Source: Coniocarpon cinnabarinum
Lineage: Eukaryota
Length of the DNA stretch: 64,000 nt
Direction of reading: 5' to 3'
Assembly: GCA_051942205.1 (NCBI GenBank)
Contig: JAVECO010000023.1
Coordinates: forward strand, 62,001-126,000
Positions 62,541-64,000 of this stretch are shown here, in pieces. The notes below the pieces were generated by a model. It saw only the letters and a list, made by a program, of their open reading frames with translations. It was not told where the DNA came from and ran no database searches. Position 1 is the first letter of the stretch. Every line of letters begins with the position of its first letter. Both the position numbers and the translations under genes were made by a program.

Positions 62541-64000
62541 CGCGTTCACCGTCGCAGACCTGATAAACTATTGCGTTACATACAGGAAGAAGACTGGCCG
62601 TCATCTTTTCTCAAAGACGATGCAGTACACGTCGGGGTGGATCACCCCAAGCTTCGTGATTGCCCCCGTGAATGCTCTTTATTTTCCTGCGCCTAATCGT
62701 ATTGCTGTCAGGGGAAGAGCGACGACGCCACGTAGCTACAGCCGTTTCGATTGCGCGAATGAGCATCACAATGTGTACACATACTTCGCTCGCCACGTCG
62801 TGGGACCCAATGGAGTATCAGGCGTCTTGGGCATGTGTCTGCTTCGAATGTTTCGAGGACTAGATGTTGGACCGACGTTTGCAGGAGGTCGGCTTCTGCA
62901 GAGACTCATTTGCAAAACAAAAGAGGAGCGTACAAGCAGGTCAACCATGCGAACGATTGAAGTCTGGCAGGAGAAAACAAAAACCTAACAAACTCAAAAC
63001 CGCTCTGAAGGGATGCCACATGTCTTGCAGCGTTTCGGTGCCTGGACAAATGGATACGATCTCTAATCGCATCTTGCTCGGTCGATAACGAAAAGTCGTG
63101 TGAGAGAGATTATCAGCTTTCATTATGGATAATGACGGTCGCTCATGAGCATAGAAGAAAATGAGCCCAGCTCGTGATCAGAGATCCGCGGGCATTTTGG
63201 CCGGATTTGTCAAAACTGTCGTTACAATTCAAGCCCAGCACAGCAGCGTATGTCTCTTCTAAGAGGCTACCATTTCTTCAAAGACCACCCAGTAGAAGCT
63301 TTCTTGAGTGAGCTATGCCTAGATGCTATATTTGAAACGGGCTCTTGAGAGATGTTCAGTGGCAACAAGACGTTGATCAACAAGTTGTCATCAAGTATTT
63401 CGGGATGAGATGAAAACGACCGGGGAAAGTGATAATCCCAAGAACGTAAGCGGTGTGCCGTCGGACTCGTGCTGTCTCGTTTTGTTAAACATTCGTTGAT
63501 CTGGTATCATTATTTTTGGACTGAATCGCTGTCAGAAATTGCCTGTACATCATTTGCTCTCGATGTCATAAGCTCTTTACCAAACGTCGTTATTCGACTT
63601 CGAGCACGGCGCATCTGGAAAAGACGCCTCCATCCCGGTAAGGACAAACCTGAGTCGCTGGATCATCTGACAGCCTCCTTTGAACTGATATATCTTGAAC
63701 GAATGAAGCAGCTAATTTGCTGCACAGCGCCTTGCCAAATGTAGGATGTCGTGGCCACGAAAAAGCTTCAGCGCCGTTACGATAACATTGCTTCGGCCTC
63801 GGAAAGCTCGATGGTGGTTCTGGAAACTACCAGCAAGCACTGAGGATTCTTGCTCTCTTGAGCCTCTTTTAGAAATCTCTCGCTTAGTCTTCTTAGCAGC
63901 GTCTCTTCCGCAAATGTGATAATACCCGAGCCTATGAAGCGCCATGGCTTTCTTCGGGTTGCCCGAGCATTTTATGAGCAGGACCTTTCATCGTTGCCAA

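Noticed and set aside
63120..64000. Coding-like fragments at the right edge
   Set aside because: Multiple stops, no recognisable family, and truncated by the window.

Overview
Gene-dense, intron-containing genomic DNA from a filamentous ascomycete (Pezizomycotina; Dothideomycetes-like by impression only). A backbone of conserved housekeeping genes (allantoinase tail, SLD2, SNF5, a CCCH Zn-finger gene, a SAS2-type MYST HAT, LPD1, PET112/GatB, UBC4, glutaryl-CoA dehydrogenase, FEN1, INP1, usgS, fmdS, SRP14, DPH7, RPN12) is interrupted by two accessory patches. The first, at about 16.4-30.7 kb, holds a tandem array of 5-6 small, intronless, split-F-box-like paralogues sharing an H-D-x4-H-x2-C motif, a nonsense-disrupted ankyrin gene, a secreted GDSL esterase and an O-methyltransferase. 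The second, at about 57.5-64 kb, holds a head-to-head pair of divergent NADAR-like genes, a DUF1917 pseudogene and a spliced orphan. A box C/D snoRNA complementary to 18S rRNA helix 34 lies in a SNF5 intron. The usgS-fmdS linkage known from Aspergillus nidulans is kept but split by an SDR gene. No tRNA, rRNA, CRISPR array or intact transposon was recognised. All family calls come from motif recognition by eye, not from database searches.
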